From assembly GCA_026770705.1 (NCBI GenBank), contig JANJGN010000021.1, positions 79,608,001-79,672,000 of the forward strand: DNA of 64,000 nucleotides, in the 5' to 3' direction. The DNA is from Isurus oxyrinchus (lineage: Eukaryota). The translations under genes were made by a program, and so were the position numbers. Position 1 is the first letter of the stretch, and every line of letters begins with the position of its first letter. This document shows positions 59,548 through 64,000 of this stretch, piece after piece. The notes beneath the pieces were generated by a model. That model saw only the letters and a list, made by a program, of their open reading frames with translations. It was not told the DNA's origin and did not search any database.

Positions 59548-61539
59548 ATATCTCAATGACTGCATGGTTAACCTATGGAACAACAGGCCCCCTTGGGAGA
59601 CAGTGGAAACAGCCAGCACAGGTTCATTAAAATGCAAATTAAGTAGGTTTCTTTCAGAAAGTATTTGGGGATCCAATATATCAGCAATTTGAGACATGGC
59701 ATGCGGTAAATGTAGAATACTTGGAAGATGTGACTTTGTACCTATGAATCCCAAAGCTTCCACCACTGGGGTTTTCTTCATCGTATGCCCGAGTCTGGTG
59801 TTGACTACTTGATGGAGGTTGATTGCTAATGTTAGGCAACAACTCCATTTTGTGGTATCATGTGACTAACAGGATGATAGGAGGTAAACTCCTAGCCCCA
59901 CAAGCAAAACTTAGGCCTCCACTGTCACAAACTCCATCTATTTTCTAATCACAAGACCCTTTAAAACCCCTGCCTGACTGACTTACCCGAGCATCTGAGG
60001 ATTTTTTCCAACATTCATTCTGTTTCCCACTGGTTTTGGTGGATGCACAAATGAGGTCTCACAGTTAAAATCTGATGGGCTTCAAATTACCAAGGTTAAG
60101 GGCTGAGGGGTTTTGGCACTTGTAGTGATATGATGTAACTCTTTCAGAGTCAAACAATTACTAAATTAACAAAATGAGGGATAAATTAAACACAGCCCCT
60201 AAGTTAGGTTAGCTGTAAAACCGAAGACAAAGTTTAAAGAAAACTTACAAACATCGAAGAAAATGTGATTAAGAGGGTCGATAAAGCACCCCAGCCCCCG
60301 CAGTGCCCACCGGGCATGGAAGACCTCGTTGTGATATGATGTACATGTACCTAAAGGGCTGAGTATCTTAAACACCTATTAATCACTACCAACTTGACAA
60401 AATGTGATGCAGTAGTCCCATCACTTGTATTCAGTTTACAAACAACAGCAGTAGGGATCAAATGTATTTAGACTCCTAGTTAACTCTCTCTCTCTCTCTA
60501 TATATATATATGGTCTTATCTTCAAATGAAGAACTCACATTATTGTTCCACCAGTCCTTGTGTGTGATTGGTAAGTTTACTTTGAAAAGAAACTATCATG
60601 GTTGCAGCATTATTTTGAAGATTGGATGAAGAAATATACAAGGTTCAACCTTCCTACATCCAGCAGAAGGATTTGTGTGGAAAAGAAACAACTATCAAGA
60701 TTTACCGTGTGTATATGGTTTTGCAGCTCTGTAGAAATCCTATACATTGTACATTCTCTGACATTGTCACACTCTCAGAGAGCAGGCACTAGGTTCTAGT
60801 AAGATTGGTCAAATTTTGGGGATTTTAATCAGTATAACGTGAATTGGGACAGAATATAATGTGAAGCAGGAACAGAAATTAAATAACTCAGTCTGGGAAG
60901 TCTAATTTTAAGCAGAACTGACAGACAGGAGAGAGGCTCCATGACTGCTGCTGCTCTCTCTCCAGGAGATCAGGGTAAATTAAAATACTGAAGACTGGGC
61001 TAGGAATAAGAATCTATCAACAGCTAACAACTGAAGAAGCCTGTAAAAAGTCCTTTTTCACTGTTTTGAAGTCTGCAGTCCTTATTCACGCCTAAATCAC
61101 TTTTGTGGATGGAGCTTCAGTAAACCAGGAAAAATCAGAAAAGGTTCAACAGCATCACCATTGCATCAAGCAATAACCTATGAACAGCTAACATAGTGAC
61201 CACCAAAGGTTCTGCAATTCAGTGTTTCATTCATTTTAGAAGAGTTGTCAAATCAGCCTTAATCGCAGTCAACTGCTCCAGATAGCATTGATAACCCTGC
61301 AAAAAGATAAAAGATGACCACAAAATTTCAAGTCCAGACAAACAAGTCATTAAAATGGAAATTGCTACAAGCAATGAAGGCCTCCAGAGACAGAAAAACC
61401 TCAGGTCTGTCTGACGATCATCTCAAAAATCCAGATAAAATATTGTTAGCACTTGAAGATCAATTATGCATGACGAACAACTTCAGAAATGACCTCAGAA
61501 TAAACTCACCCCTAGGCCAGCAGTGACCACAATATGATT

Positions 61540-63760
61540 GAATTTTATATCCAGTTTGAAAGGGAGAAGAGTGGGTCTAAGGCTAGTATCTTAAACTTAA
61601 ATAAGGGCAACTATGTGGGGGTGAAAGCTGAGCTAGCTGAAGTGAACTAGGAAACTGGGCTAGAGGATCGATAAATAGAGAAGCAGTGGCAGACATTTAA
61701 GAGGATATTTCAGAGTATTCAGAATAAGTGCATTCCTACTATAAAGAAAAATTCTAAGGGGAGGTCCCACCATCCGTGGTTAACTAGAGATGTTAAGGAA
61801 AGCATCAAACCTTAAGAAAAAGCATGCAGCTCCGCAAAGGAGTGCCAGGACAGATGATTGGACAGAATATAAAGAACAGCAGACATTGACTAAAAGGTTA
61901 ATCAGGAGAAAGAAATTAAGAGTGTGAGAGGAAGCTAGCTAGAAATGTAAAAACGCATAGCTAGAGTTTCTGCAGGTACTTAAAAAGGAAAAGAGTAAGT
62001 GAGTGTTGGTCCTCTATAGAGTGACAGTGGGGAGTTAATAGTAGACAATAAGGAAATGGAAGAAATGAACAAATATTTTGCTTCTATGTTCACTATAAAG
62101 GATACAAAAAACATTCCAGTAATAGCTGCAAATCAGGAAGTGAAAGGGAGAAAGGAGCTTGGTGAAATTGAAATCACTAGGGAAATGATACTGAGCAAAT
62201 TGATGGACCTGTGGGCTGGCAATTCTCCGGGTCCCGATAGACTACATCCTAGTGTCTTAAGAGGTGGCTAATGAGGTAGTTGATGCGCTGGTGTTAATTT
62301 TCCAAAATTTGCTAGATTCTGGAAAGGTTGCATCAAGTTGGAAAGTAACAAATATATTCCTTCTATTCAAGAAGGAGTGAGGCAGAAAACAGGGAACTAC
62401 AGGCCAGTTAGATTGACGTCTGTCATGGGGAAGTTATTAGAATCGATCATTAAAGAGGTTATAGCTGGGCACTTAGAAGAGCACAAGGCAATTGGGAAGA
62501 ATCAGCATAGTTTTGTGAAAGGAAAATCATGTTTAACCAATTTATTGGAGGTTTTTGAAGGACAGTGGATAAAGGGGAGCCTGTAGATGTACTGTACTTG
62601 GATTTCCAGAAGGCATTTGATGAGGTGCCACATTAAAGGTTATTGTGGAAAATAAAAGCGCATGGTGTAGTGGGTAACATATTAGCGTGGATAGAAGATT
62701 GGCTGACTGGCAGAAAGTAGAGAGTATGTATAAATGGATGATTTTTGATTGGCAGGATGTTATGAGTGGCTTCCCACAGGGATCTGAACTGAGGCCTCAA
62801 CTTTTTACGATTTACATCAATGACTTAGATGACGGGACTGAAGACGTAGCAGCTAAATTTACAGGTGACACAAAGATAGGTAGGAACGTATGTTGTGAAG
62901 AACACATGAGGATGTTGTAAATGGATATAGATAGGTTAAATGAGTGGGCAAAGATCTGGCAAATGGGGTTTAATGTGGGAAAATATGAAGTTATTCACTT
63001 TGGCAGGAAGGACAAAAAAAGCAGAGTATTGGTTAATTGGAGAACAGCTGCAGAATTCTGAGGTGCAGAGGGATCTAGGTGTTCTAGTATGAGTCACAAA
63101 AAGTTAGTACAGCAAGTAATTAAGAAGACTAATGCAATGCTATCCTTTATTATGAGGGGGATTGAACATAAAAGTAAGGATGTTATGCTTCAGTTATACA
63201 GGGCATTGGTGAGACCGCACTGTGTGCAGTTTTGGTCTCCTTATTTAAGGAAGGATGTAATTGGAGGTGGTTCAAAGCAGATTTACTATATTGACACCTG
63301 GAATGAGTGGGCTGTCCTTTGAGGAAAGGTTTGACAGAGTGGGCTTGTTTCCACTGGAGATTAAAAGAGTGAGGGGTGATTTGACTGAAGTATACAAGAT
63401 CCTGAGTGGCCTTGACAGGGTGGACATTGAAAGGATGTTTCCTCTTGTGGGTGAGTCCAGGACTAGGGGGCATTGGTTAAAATTATAGGTTGCCTTTTTA
63501 GGACAGAGATGAGGAAAAAATGTTTCTCTCAGAGGGTTGTGTAACTTTGGAACTCTTAGAAGGTGGTGGAGGCAGGGTCACTGAATATGTTTAAGGCAGA
63601 GTAGATAGATTCTTGTTAGGTAAGGGAATTAAAGGTTATCAGGGTTAGATGGGAATGTGGAAATCGATACACAATAAGATCAGTCATGATCTTATTGAAT
63701 GGCAGAGCAGGTTCGAGGGGCTGAATGTCTACTCCTGTTCCTATTTCTTATGTTCTTAAT
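61540..63760 (+). mobile_element. CR1-type LINE, truncated
   Basis: SPGPDRLHP, NYRPVRLTS and GFPQGS motifs plus 3' tail. Confidence 0.9.
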
Positions 63761-63778
63761 ACATCATCTGGAATTCAT

Positions 63779-64000
63779 TGGTGGAATTGTTCCAGATTTG
63801 CATTGTGTGGTAACGGGCAGGTAAAATGATGTTTTACCTGCCGGCCGCGATGGCGGGTTTTCACAAAGTATCGTCCCAAACCCGCCACATTATTCATTCA
63901 TTCTCAGGAAACACACCGTTTCCATGGTGGGTGGGTTCTCATTTGCCCACATGCTATTACCTCGCCGCTTCATCACAGGGCCCTCACTCACTGCCAGTTC
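63779..64000 (+). mobile_element. Left end of a Harbinger element related to 3387-5528, running off the window
   Basis: GGTGGAATTGTTCCAGATTTGCA matches the terminus at 3388. Confidence 0.65.

Overview
Eukaryotic, repeat-rich vertebrate DNA. The LINE, SINE and Penelope families and the MHC protein sequence point to a shark or other cartilaginous fish. The one intact host gene I can assemble is a six-exon MHC class II beta chain gene on the minus strand (ATG 52573 to TAA 35454; exons 103+261+282+117+30+26 nt = 272 aa; all introns GT-AG, phase 1). The rest is mostly decayed mobile DNA: CR1-type and L2-type LINEs, SINEs, Penelope-like (RT + GIY-YIG) elements carrying hammerhead-ribozyme motifs, PIF/Harbinger remnants, a Gypsy remnant and solo LTRs. 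The main non-obvious signal is a locus-wide set of six MHC-II-type X1-X2-Y modules. Two lie in tandem upstream of the gene on its own strand, next to a phased array of CCAAT boxes. Four lie in inverted orientation 7-33 kb downstream, in unique DNA between transposons. Two of the six modules have a young Penelope-derived insertion directly 5' of the X box. Repeat boundaries are approximate unless a TSD is given; nothing here was checked by database search.
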